64,000 nt of DNA from Curvularia clavata (Eukaryota). Within the stretch, counting starts at the first letter, position 1, and each line of letters opens with the position of its first letter. This document shows positions 47,579 to 60,518 of this stretch, piece by piece. The notes under the pieces were generated by a model. That model worked only from the letters and a program-made list of their open reading frames with translations. It was not told where the DNA came from and made no database searches. A program made the position numbers and the translations under genes. The DNA is taken from contig CP089279.1 in the NCBI GenBank assembly GCA_023920165.1, positions 1,860,001 through 1,924,000 of the forward strand, given 5' to 3'.

Positions 47579-50302
47579 ATGGCAGTAATGACCTCACCTG
47601 CTGTCGACAAAACTTCCTTGGACCTGAAGGTGAGCGCTTTTGCGCCGGCAGACGCCATGGCAGTCGACACCGAGACAAATGGGTAAGTCGCCCGCTGCAC
47701 CCCGCCGCGCCTGCTTCCCCGCCATGCGCAACACCTGCTAATACCTTGCAGCGTCCACGACGTCCTCTTTGACGATTCCGAAACCAATGCAAAGGTCGCC
47801 GAGGATCCCGCGCCACCCAAGCCAACAGTCAACGGAAACCACACGGAAATGGACACGTCAGAACCTGCTGTCGAGCCCACGACCAATGTCTCATCGGGAA
47901 TCGAAGGCGTCGCGCAGTACGTGCCAGACAATCAGCAAGACATCAACTCATTGTTTGGTGACTCGGATGTCGGCACGAGCGTCACAAACGCTGTCGAAGC
48001 ACCTACCTCTGATGTACGCGACGAGCCAGCACCGGCCCCACAGCCGTCCGCAGCCACCCAAGAGACGAGCACCAGCACACAGGAAGTGCCCGAGACTCAG
48101 ATTCCACCCAAACAAGAAGAGGAGCCAGCTGCAGAGAGCATGGACACGTCTGCCGATGCACCCGAATCCAATTCTGCAGAGGCTTCTGGCGCGCCCACAA
48201 AACCCATGGACGAATTGACAATCAAGACTAGTGCGGATGAAGCTACTGCGCCTGCCGCATCTACCCAATCACCGGCAATCATGGACCGTGAGATGGAAGA
48301 TGCGCCCTCGTCCGGCAAAGTGCGCCCGCGCGAAGATGACGACGATGATGTCCCCGACGCAAAGCGCACAAAGACTGAGGATGAGCCGGGTACCCAGGCT
48401 GACACCAAGCCACCCGTCGTGCCGAACCAGACCGAGCAGACCAATGGCAACAGTGTTACACCAGGCCCAGCATCTGAATCTGCGCAAGAAGCATCTGGCG
48501 TCCACAAGGCAGTCGACTGGGAGGAATGGCCAACAACACCCATGACGGAGGTTCAAAACAAATTTTTGCTGGAACGGATACGGAATACAAAGAAGATCAA
48601 AGTGTCACTAGCGTTCAAGGATCCTGTTGACCCCGTAGCGCTCAACATCCCAACTTACTATGACGTTGTCAAGCACCCCATGGATCTGACCACCATGGAG
48701 GCCAAGTTGAAGGAGAAAAAGTACACATATGTGAGGGATTTCATGGCAGATCTTGATCAGATGATTACCAACAGCGAGCTGTTCAACAACAAACAGCACC
48801 CTGTCACACAAGCAGGATACAATCTACGAGCTTACTTCTTGAAGGGCATGGGTAAGATGCCCCGGGGCGCTGCGGCTGAAGAGCCTCCCAAGCCGGCAAA
48901 GGCCAAGAAGCCAACAGTGAATACCGCGCAAAAGGCTAGGCGCGAATCACGCGTCGCACCGCCCAATGTCAAGTCTCCAGCCGCTCCCACACCAGCGGCG
49001 ACATCGCCACAGGCTGCTTGGCCGCTGCAGCAGGATGGCACTCCGCTCATTCGCCGCGATTCATCTACTACTGACGGTCGGCCAAAGCGAGAAATCCACA
49101 GGCCGTCCAAGGACTTGCCCTATGCGAATGCTAAGCCTAGAAGGAAGAAGTTCCAACAAGAGCTCAAATTCTGCGAGTCTGTAATCACGGAGCTCATGAA
49201 GCCAAAGTACAGCACTCTTACTTACCCCTTTGTGACTCCAGTCGACCCTGTGGCTCTCAACATTCCTTCTTACCTCAAGATCATCAAGAAGCCCATGGAC
49301 TTTGGCACCATTGAGAAGAATCTCAAGAACGGAGTCTACCAGAGTGCAAAGGACTTTTATGCCGATTGCCAGCTCGTGTTCCAAAACTGCTACAAGTTCA
49401 ATCCCGAGGGTGACGCCGTCAATCAAATGGGTCACAAACTCGAGGAGCTCTTTGACAATCTCTGGAAAGAAAAGGCTGACTGGCTCGCCCAGCATGCACC
49501 TCCCCCTGAGCATTCTCCTAGTGACCTCTACTCTGACGAGGAAGAGGAAGAGGACGAAGACGAGGAGGAGATGGACCCTGCCCATGCCCAGTTCCTTGCT
49601 ATTCAGCAGCAGATTGCACAACTGAACGCGACTGCGCAGCAACTGTTGCAACAGCAGACAAATGCCAAGCGTGCCTCGCCCAAGCTGCCCGGCAAGAAGA
49701 AGAAGAGTGGGCAACCCACAAAGAGGAAGAGCCTGCCTCTGGCTGTGCCACCTCCAGCCAAGCCCATGAAGAGCGCGGCGACCAAGAAGGCAAAGGCGCC
49801 TGCACCTCTGACTTTTGCCCAAAAGCAGGAGATTTCAGAAGGCATCAGCACTCTTGGAGACGCTGAGATGCGCCGTGCGGTTCAGATCATCCGCAACGGA
49901 TGCCCACACCTGGCTAATGTCAATGACGACGAGATGGAGCTGGACATGGACGAGATCAATGACGACACGCTCCGAGAGCTGTTGAGGTTCATCAAGTCTC
50001 TGCGCGGTCCCAAGGGAGGTGCGGTAGCCGATGACGATTTCGAGCCACCAAGACCCGTGTCCAAGCAGACGACGAATCGGCCCAAGAAGAACAAGCCCAT
50101 GGGCAAGTCGGAGCAGGAAGACAACATGCGCAAGATCCAAGAGAAGCTGCAGTCGTTCCAGGGCGGTGCATCGGGATCCAGCCAGTCTCCACCTGGTGAG
50201 TTGTCAGTGCTTGCTCGACGTGATGATGTACTAACCTCTGTAGTGCACGATGCATCCAGCGACGACGACGAGTCGAGCGGCTCTGAAAGCGAGGAAGAGT
50301 AA
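47579..50302 (+). CDS. BDF1: BET-family double bromodomain + ET protein
   Basis: Two bromodomains (FKDPVDPVALNIPTYY..PMDL; PFVTPVDPVALNIPSYL..PMDF..NCYKFN) and an ET domain (LTFAQKQEISEGI...EMELDMD). Introns 47683-47751 and 50196-50243. Confidence 0.95.
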
Positions 50303-51764
50303 ACCTCTTGAGCAACACCGTCTTGTTTCCGCGTGATCTGCTTCGTCTGCCATGCCCTGCCCTGTTCTGCCCTGCTCTTCCCTGCGTGTTTGATGATTGG
50401 ACCAGTTTTCATCACTTCTCTTCCCTGCATGACATGAACAGTCTTGAGCGTCTTGGTCCGGCCGATCAGGTATCGCTGCCGATTTACCAAAAGGCTAAAG
50501 CCGAATGTTAGTGCGTGCCTAATACCTGCGCGCCCCCGGCCCACTCACCATTGCACGTCATGCCCGCATACACATCGATTGTATAGTATTCTCTTCCTCA
50601 CCGACTTCCCTCTAGAGGTGCCTTGATAATGGTACCAATGCCGACAATGGATTACGAGTGACGACGAGGTTTGTCTTTTCTGGTGGTCCGTTTAGTTGAG
50701 GACATGGGGGCTGCTCCTTGTAACCAGCATTTGGCGCGCGGTTGTGGTAGTTCAAAAACGGAGGATATTTCGACTAGGATTTTGCTGTATGAATACGCTG
50801 CACGAGTCGGCAGCCATAACAAAATGCAAATAATCTCTTCCAAAATTGTGTGTCGTGTTGTGTCGTGTTCGTAGGTGCGTTGCGTTGCGTTGCGTTGGAT
50901 ACTCCTTTGGCCATCTCTTTTATCCGGATTCAGTGCCTTGAAGTTTGGCTATGTAGCGAAGGATCTTCTTCTCAGGCCGTAAATGGGAGATGTGTACATA
51001 CATGGCCCTGTACAGATGGCGGTGATGGTGGCGTGTGCCAGCCGTCATGTGCTGCTGAGCCGTGTTCGGGTTAGATTGGCTGCATGCATGACCATCTCGT
51101 CAGGGGTTGCATATCGCGTCTGGGTGAGGAAGCCACCGGTGGTTGATCGGGCGAGGAAGTGCCGAGGGGTGACGGGCGGTGCAAAGACCAGTCTTGTATG
51201 ACCAACATGTCGTGCGTCGCTGTTCGTGGCGTATGTGTATTCCGAGTGAGGGCGCGATCGGGTAATGAGCGTTCGGTTGCTTGTTCTGTGTTCTGAGCGT
51301 AAGTGTGCAGCGTCAGCGCTGTGTGACGGCAGCGGACAAGCGGCGTCAGGGAGAAGGAAGGACACGACCGTCGAAGACGCTGGCAGAAGACGAACAGGCT
51401 GGAGGAGCAGCAGAAGCGATGGCCTAAAGGGTCCAAGTAGAAGATACTACTGTAACGTGTACAGAGCGGAAGAGAGAAAGAAGGGTCGTCTGGGAACCGT
51501 GGGCTGGCCTGTTTCTGCGAGCGGAGGTGGAGGGTGGGGAATCGGCGCGGGTGACTTTGAGTGTGCTGCGCTGTGGTGAGCAGCCGGCGCGCTAGCTGTG
51601 GCTTTCGCGAACTGCCTGCCTCGCCCAAAACTTCGAGCTTCAAGACACGCCAAACAAGACGCGCCCAGCTACATCCACCCATCCTCCCCACCCAAACGAA
51701 ACCAGTCTCGGTCCCAGCATACCTGCTCTGCCTCCAATATAATTGCCTTCTTGCGACTGCCAAA

Positions 51765-53251
<1,487 letters not shown>

Positions 53252-54044
53252 TGAGTCGTGAATTTTATATGAAGACAAAGCCTGGCGTTTGGATGTAAGA
53301 GGACACTACTAGCTGAGGGGGTTGCGTTGCCGGTATTTTAGGGAGCAACGCTTTTTTTCTTCTTTTGGTTTTGTCTTTTACTTGACACTTTCTGAGAGAA
53401 AAAAATATATATATCTAGATGAAATGTGATAACTGGGTAATATGATATTACGGTAGACTTGAACTGAATTGGCCTATGCCTTGATATCAGGAGAAGGGTC
53501 TTCTGTTTGTTTAAAGAAGAAGTGTGATGGTGTTTTGGAATCGTGATTATATATGAAATCCTGCTTACTATACTACTGTAGCAACTATTTTATCAGACTA
53601 GAGAGAGAGTGTGTGTATGAATTCTCCACTTAGCTGGTGGATGGGTATATGTCCTGCTTGGATATGAAAAAAGACAGAAGCATATATCAGACAAAACTTA
53701 TTTTCTAATAAAGAGGCAATTGAATGTGTCATAGAAGTAGAGATGTGAGCACCAATAAACTAGATTAGCAACTCAAGTCATTATTGGCTTTGCAATAGCA
53801 ACAGACTATTTCACATGTACCATTGAGCATCGGGTTCTTACGGAACCAGCTCGGATGGCAAGAGCAGGTTTGTGCCAAGGACGAGTTGCCACTCGCCCGC
53901 TCTCCGATTGGCTGCGCTGCTATGTTCAAATCATAGAAAGACAGAGAAGATCGCTCTCTTCTTTATAATATCACGAGGCCCTTGTTTCAGAGTCGCTGGC
54001 TACCACTGCGAAGAACCGAATCGCGACACCTGTTATTATCCATA

Positions 54045-54551
54045 ATGTCTACTACGATGCGAGTCTTTGGTCGCGTGCCCCGCCAGCTGTCTCGGCGCTC
54101 ATTCAGCATGACACGCAGCGCGCTCGCAGCACCGTTTGGTTCTGGCCCAGCACCGCCGCGGCTTCCCAAGGAAGAGCAGGAAATTTTTGAGAAGCTGCAG
54201 CGACAAAGCACCGGTGCTTTTAGCACGCCAAGAGAGAGCGACGACGCAGCAACACCGTCATCAACACCCAATGTGCGCATCCAAGTCAACCAATCGCCTG
54301 ACTCGTCGTCAGCTCGCCCACAAATCAATCAGTCGCCAGATTCGAGCGAAGGACCAGAGATTCGGTTTGAGAATGGCAAGGAGATTAGGAAGGGAGAGGA
54401 GTTTCACCCCAATATGAGGAGAGGTGCACCACCAGAGTTTGAGGGCGATGTCAATCCCAAAACTGGAGAAGTGGGTGGCCCCAAGAACGAACCATTACGG
54501 TGGGGGCATGGAGGGGACTGGAGTTACAATGGGAGGGTGACTGACTTTTAG
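54045..54551 (+). CDS. SDH8: Succinate dehydrogenase assembly factor 4 (Sdh8/Fmp21), mitochondrial
   Basis: Presequence, PPRLPKEEQEIFE, PEFEGDVNPKTGEVGGPKNEPLRWG..GDWSYNGRVTDF. Confidence 0.92.
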   Translation: MSTTMRVFGRVPRQLSRRSFSMTRSALAAPFGSGPAPPRLPKEEQEIFEKLQRQSTGAFSTPRESDDAATPSSTPNVRIQVNQSPDSSSARPQINQSPDSSEGPEIRFENGKEIRKGEEFHPNMRRGAPPEFEGDVNPKTGEVGGPKNEPLRWGHGGDWSYNGRVTDF

Positions 54552-56477
54552 TGGCGGTGCAAGTTAGTAGCTGACAGAGCAGGAAGGGAGCGGCTCAAAA
54601 TAGGGTCGCATGTACGGAGTACGTAGGATAAATTGGACAGGAGCTTGATGGCGTATGCATGCGGGAATAAAAGGCTGGCTGTGATGGTATGACCGAAATG
54701 ATTGTTTCCCAATGCCGAATAGTGCGGAAGTCTGTGGCGTACGGATATAGTATAGCCATGGTAAACCTAAGGCGAACAGCACTAGAAGAACGAATATAGT
54801 CAATTTGAGACCCACTCTGGTACATGCGATACGACCAAACGCAAGGGCGAATGGAGAGGCGAGGACCAGAGTCAACTCTGGAGCGAGTTCTAGAACGCAG
54901 ACCTAACGGCGAAGAGCTCATGTGGTGAGAATCCTTCGGAATGCCCAGAGGACCGAGAACATGCACATGGATGTTGGCTGGGTTGGGCTGGGCTTCTGCA
55001 TGCACGTGATGTTCGGCTATCAAGCATCGAGGGCAGGGATGGGATTTGGCGCAGCGTATGCACATCTATCAAGTCTTGCTCATTCCCCGTCGTATAGCAA
55101 CAAATGGCGGCTCGAGCGAGGGCCGCCCGGCGGCTGGCAGAAATGGGCGTTTAGGTTTTTGTGCTAACGGGCAATTGGGGGAGGCCCGTGGCGCAGTACG
55201 CGGCCTTGTCAGCCCCTGGCTATCGTGGCTAAGCTTTTGCTAGCGTGGCTTTATTTTCGGGGTCCACGACAGGCCTTGCAATGCATCCCTCCCCCCACCT
55301 CGTAAGCAACCATTCATACGCTCGCATGGGCCAACGTGTTCTACCTCGGTCCTCAAAGGAAAACAGAAGAAGCCTCTTTTTTTTCGCACAGCGGAAGTCC
55401 AGACGGAATGCCGAGTTTCAGGCGCCCTGGCGATGCAAGTCTTTTGTGTTGGCGAAACACTCTTCTTGTTTCGCGCGCAACAAGCATCCTGGAGCCGATC
55501 ATGTTTTTGCTTCACGAGCTGCAGGTCCCACTTAGCAGGGTAGATCGACAAGTCGGGCTGCGCTGTTAACCCCCCGTGTCTGTCGACGGTATCTCCATAG
55601 CGTGTATCAGCTGTCGTTGCTGGCGCTCCCCTTACTGGTGCGGGCGAACACGCACAGGGGATGCCGCTATCGTGCTTCAGAATCACCATGTGCGCGACGA
55701 GCGTGTATGTATACATGCAGTGTACATAGACATGCGCATGTGGGTGTGGGTGTGGCGTCGCTCATCGTATACGCGCCTCGTACGGTCGTTGGTGGTGCTG
55801 GCTGGAACCTTGTCGGCGTAATTCGACTGTCAGCGCACGCTATGTGCTGTCGGTAGTTCCTGCCCATTCCTGGTCTGACACCCATCTGCCCTTGCCCTGC
55901 AGCAAAGCCTAGGCCAGCCGCCCCGTTGCTCCAGGCCCTCCCCACGCCTGCACGCAAACACCTGCCATGTCACAACAGGTACCCCGTACGGCGACTAAAA
56001 CACCAGCCTGGCTAAATGCGCCGCCGTATATGTACCCTCCTGCGCGGGAGCGTCTCCGTGACGCAAATCCCCTCCGCTGCTCCCGCCCACTACATAGGCG
56101 TGCGCTCAGCCCCCCTCGTGTACCCTTTACGAGCCCAATAACCACTAATCCTTGCCCACGGTAGGTACCCTCCGCTGTAGCGTCACCTAGCCTCAGTATT
56201 GCTCACCTGCTAACGCTTTGGTCACAGCCGCCCTGTAACAACGCTCCCCTATATGAGGTGCTGATGCTGTCATCTGCTTTCTTTTTCGCCTTGTCCCCCA
56301 TGCCTGTCTAAGAGATCTACGTCTTAGTCCGCTTACCCTACACCTTCACCTCTGTCCGAGGCAAACGCCTCTTTTCGGCACCATTGTCAGGGATACCGCC
56401 GACTAAGCACACTTATTCCTGATAATCGCCGCCTCCGGACCATCTTTACTCCCTACCATTCCACAACAGCAGCAAAA

Positions 56478-58348
56478 ATGTTGCGGTGGCTGCTGTGTGT
56501 GGCCTTCCTCTTCCACTGGGCCCTTGCGCTAGACGAAGTCGTCGATCTTGGATACGCAAAGTATCAGGGCAAAAGTATCGGCAATGGCGTCGTGCGCTGG
56601 GCAGGTATGCGATTTGCCCGCAGCCCGTCTCGAAAAGAAGGTCTTCGCTTTGCTGCACCCCAAGACCCGGTTCAAGAAGAAGGCATCGTGAATGCAACAA
56701 CGGTACGCCAACATTCACTGCCGGGACTACGCATGACAACTAACTTCCTACCAGTTTGGGCCCTTGTGCATTGGGACCAGGAGCGACCTCAGTGCTGAAA
56801 CGGGAGGAACCCATTCAGAAGACTGCCTCTTCGTCAATGTCTTCGCACCAAGCAAAGCAACCGAAAAGAGCCTGCTGCCCGTCTATGTCTTTATCCAGGG
56901 AGGTGGCTTCAACATGAACGGTAACGCAGACTACAATGGCGCAGACTTGATCGAAGCAGGCGACAATAGCATGGTTGTTGTAAACTTCAACTACCGCGTA
57001 GGACCATACGGTTTCTTGGCTTCGAAAGAGATTGTTGCCAACCAGAGCTTGAGTTTAAACAACGGCTTGAAGGACCAGAGGCAAGCTCTCAAGTGGGTGC
57101 AAAAGTATATCGCCAAGTTCGGCGGAGACCCTAACCACGTAACCATCGGAGGTGCCAGTGCTGGTGGAGGTTCAGTCGTCTTCCACCTTACAGCCTATGG
57201 TGGTAGGGACGATGGTCTTTTCCATGCTGCCGCCGCCGAGTCTGCGGCTTTTCCAACTCTACGCAGTGTCCAGGACAGCCAATGGCAATACGACGAACTG
57301 CTTCGCCAAACGAGTTGCAAGGACATGGACTGCCTGGTCAACCTCGATGCTGTCGCCTTCCAGACTGCTGTTCGGACCATGAAGAAACCCTTCCCAGGCG
57401 GCGACGGCCCGCCTCTTTTTTTCTGGAACCCAACCCTTGACAATGATTTCATCCAGGACTTGACGTTCAACCAGCTGCAAGCCGGTCGTTACGTCCACGT
57501 ACCCACCATCTTCGGCAGCGCTACGCACGATGGCGTCATCTTTACGCCAAAGTCGGTCATGACGCTGTCCAAGTCCACGAGTTTCCTCACTGATCAATAT
57601 CCGACTGTCAAATGGAACGCCATTCGCCAGGTGTGGGGCTCTGATACTGCCATTGCGGCCGCTAGCGACGAGCGCTGGAGATCAGTCACTGCCGATATCT
57701 ATGGCGCAATACGATACGGCTGTCCGGGACTCGCAATTTCCTCCATTTACGCTAGCAACAAGAGCGACTCCACATGGCATTACAGATGGAATGTTGGGCC
57801 AGCTCTGCACGTTGGCGAGTTGCTATCTATCTGGAACAACGGTACCACTGCTGCCGGCGTGTTTGTACAAGCCTACTGGGCCTCTTTCATCAGGAGCTAT
57901 GATCCCAACAAACATGCTGCAGAGTTCCTCGCATCAAAGGGCTCGGAGCTCAAGAGTCCACAGTGGGACACATTTGACCCCAAGGTCCAGAACAGAATTG
58001 TGTTCAGTGACGACAACAACGTGAGCATGGAGAACGTTTCGGATGTCGAGCAGAAGCGGTGCGAGGCCATTGATGTCATGGGCTTGAATGTAAAACAGTA
58101 AGTCATTAAGCGTCATTCTGAAGAACGTCGACACTAACAAAAGTCACAGGCCTACAAGTGGTTCTGCCGGTTCCTCTGGCTCAGCTTCTGGTGCTACTTC
58201 TGGTGCCACTTCTGGTTCTTCGGGTCCCTCTTCTGGTTCCTCCCAAACTCCCTCCCACTCCTCCGGAAACCGAGACGCACCGCTTTCGCTGGCCTCTCTG
58301 ATATTCGCTTCAATCATCATGGGTGCCTGGCAGTGGGCACCGTTTTGA
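56478..58348 (+). CDS. Secreted type-B carboxylesterase/lipase with probable Ser/Gly-rich GPI tail
   Basis: Signal peptide, VVDLGYA.YQG, SEDCLFVNVFAP, IQGGG, NYRVGPYGFL, FGGDPNHVTIGGASAGG. Introns 56703-56754 and 58098-58149; the last exon ends ...WQWAPF* at 58348. Confidence 0.88.
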
Positions 58349-59040
58349 ATTCGTGTGCGCGGACATTGAGAATAATATACTTGTTTAATACTGTTAGATT
58401 TGATCGTCAGAATTCCTTGAGATCAAGGTACACATCACCCTTGGACTTGAGGCCCTCGGGCTCCAATCTACACACACTCCACGTAATAGCGACGCTGCAT
58501 TCTGCTCTTCATATGCATCGGGCGAAGCCGATAGCTATCGCCCAAGGGCATACGAACCTTGGCACTACCGCCGAGAAGAAGCGAGAGTCGCTAAAGATAT
58601 CACTGCATACCAGGGATGTTCTTGAAGATGACGAAGATGACAAGGAAGCACTAGCAGGAGGAAAGAAGGGGGATAGTTCTCTAAGATGAGGCAGATTCCC
58701 GCCAAAGAAACACACTTCTGAGTTGAGTACTAGTTATTTGAAGTGTAAGAGGATAGTAATTGGCGCCCAAAGGCATGATGAAGCTGTTGCGATACTGTCC
58801 ATCAACCGACAGACGCTACGGTAATCTAAAAAATTTAAAACTTAAAATATTCTTCACAAACAAGTCAAACACACTGTGCGCACTGGAAGCACTCACATCC
58901 CCAGACATGGTGTGGCAACTGTGTTTTCACAATGTGAATATTTTGACTTCTTAAAATGTTTATTTAAAATCATCTGCACTACACTGGTCAAGTCTCCAGT
59001 AGTGCTTTCTCTCAGCAGAAAGAAGGAAGATAAGCTCAGT

Positions 59041-60102
59041 ATGACATCTCAGATTCCGCCGCACAGCTTGGAGCTGGTGACTGATGTTCAAGTCGATGAA
59101 GAACGGCTGCTTGCAGCAGGCGGCTCAGATGCGACTTCTCCTTCTAGTGTGCTAATGACCTCACAGAAATCGGATAACCCGGCTCTTGCAGTGTCCTTCG
59201 ACGACTTCTCATGGTTTTCCTTTGACGAATTTCCACGAGACTCGTTTGAGCAAACGGATGCTCGCTCCTTGGCCTCGTCTGCGACCGATAGCGCTGCCAG
59301 CGCTGTTGCCATTGCTGAGCGGGAAACCTTGTCGACATTTCTCTGGGACAGCTCTCGAGAGGCACCAATGTTGGGATTCCCACCGGAGCAGATGGATAAC
59401 CTGCAGCGGTACTATAACGGAGCCTTATCCGACGATGACATAGCAGCTCTGATCCGTGGCAAGAAGAACCACAACCTCAAGAAATGGTCGCCCGAGGAAA
59501 CGGTCAAGTATCACGAGGCTCGGAAAAGCCTCATTCCTCTCGTCATGCCGAAAGTCGAGAAGATGAGTGCGCTCGCGGATATCGAGCATGACAAGCAGTA
59601 TAGCCAGCGCGCCGTGAATCATAGGGTGCGTCCCGCATTCCGCTTACCATGTATCAAGGTAACTGACCATAACAAGGAGAATGGTGAAGCTACGTCGTCG
59701 CCCCGATCTTCCAGGTCGTCGCCATCGTCGCCCATGAAAAGCCATTCTAATTCTAGCCCACTCTTCACATGTGATGGCGAGTCACTCCAGTGTTCGTCTC
59801 TGCATCTGCACACTCGCGCAGTCAGCGGCGGCGACTACTTCTCCCACCGTCGTCGTATCTCTCCCCTGGCGTCATCCTCAGGCCCATCGTCAGAATCCTC
59901 GACCCGCGTCCGCAGCCCACTGGCGCAGGAAGTCCAGTTTCGACTTAACCCAGAGACAACCTTTGACTCTTTCCTTGTGCCGCACAAGTCTGGTAAGTGC
60001 GACATCCTGCCCGGTGTAGCGAATGTGAAGAAGCCCAAGTCACGGAAGCTGAGCAAGATGCCTTCTATGCCACTCCTGCGGAAGCGAGGACAGCTTGACT
60101 AG
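59041..60102 (+). CDS. Hypothetical Ser-rich protein
   Basis: ATG at 59041 within a 408-codon open frame; mostly low-complexity, no domain recognised. Confidence 0.6.
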   Translation: MTSQIPPHSLELVTDVQVDEERLLAAGGSDATSPSSVLMTSQKSDNPALAVSFDDFSWFSFDEFPRDSFEQTDARSLASSATDSAASAVAIAERETLSTFLWDSSREAPMLGFPPEQMDNLQRYYNGALSDDDIAALIRGKKNHNLKKWSPEETVKYHEARKSLIPLVMPKVEKMSALADIEHDKQYSQRAVNHRVRPAFRLPCIKVTDHNKENGEATSSPRSSRSSPSSPMKSHSNSSPLFTCDGESLQCSSLHLHTRAVSGGDYFSHRRRISPLASSSGPSSESSTRVRSPLAQEVQFRLNPETTFDSFLVPHKSGKCDILPGVANVKKPKSRKLSKMPSMPLLRKRGQLD

Positions 60103-60518
60103 GCTATTTGTGTCCCCGTCGGTAAGATTGTTGCTTATGAGGTGACATCCTAAGTTATGAGATGGCGTTCAAATGGACCCGTGTCCAACCACACAGAATG
60201 GTAACGAATAAAGACAAGTTAACAGCGTCCATCAGCAGAGAATAGCGTGCATTCATTCTTCAACTCTTGTTCTTCTACTGCATCCCCCTCTGGCGTTAGA
60301 AATTGTATTTCCTACTAGGCTGTGGTTCCTATTACTAGTTCTATTGAGCGACTCTCTTTAAGAGTCCCCCCCCCCTGCTTATTTATAGTAGCTTAAAGGT
60401 ATAGAAAGTGTACTTCAACTCTGAAACAAGTTTGATATGCTGCTAAACACACTGATGAGGTGATAGAGGAAGAAAGGCCTACTTTCCCTTGCACTAAGCT
60501 TTGCATCTAGCTAAATAT

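Noticed and set aside
50303..51764. 242-aa minus ORF or structured ncRNA (e.g. telomerase RNA) between BDF1 and RVB1
   Set aside because: The ORF has no domain and overlaps the RVB1 start; no TAACCCTAA-type template seen.
54564..56400. Small ORFs, including a hydrophobic 103-aa minus ORF
   Set aside because: Non-ATG start, no family motifs, multiple overlapping GC-driven ORFs.
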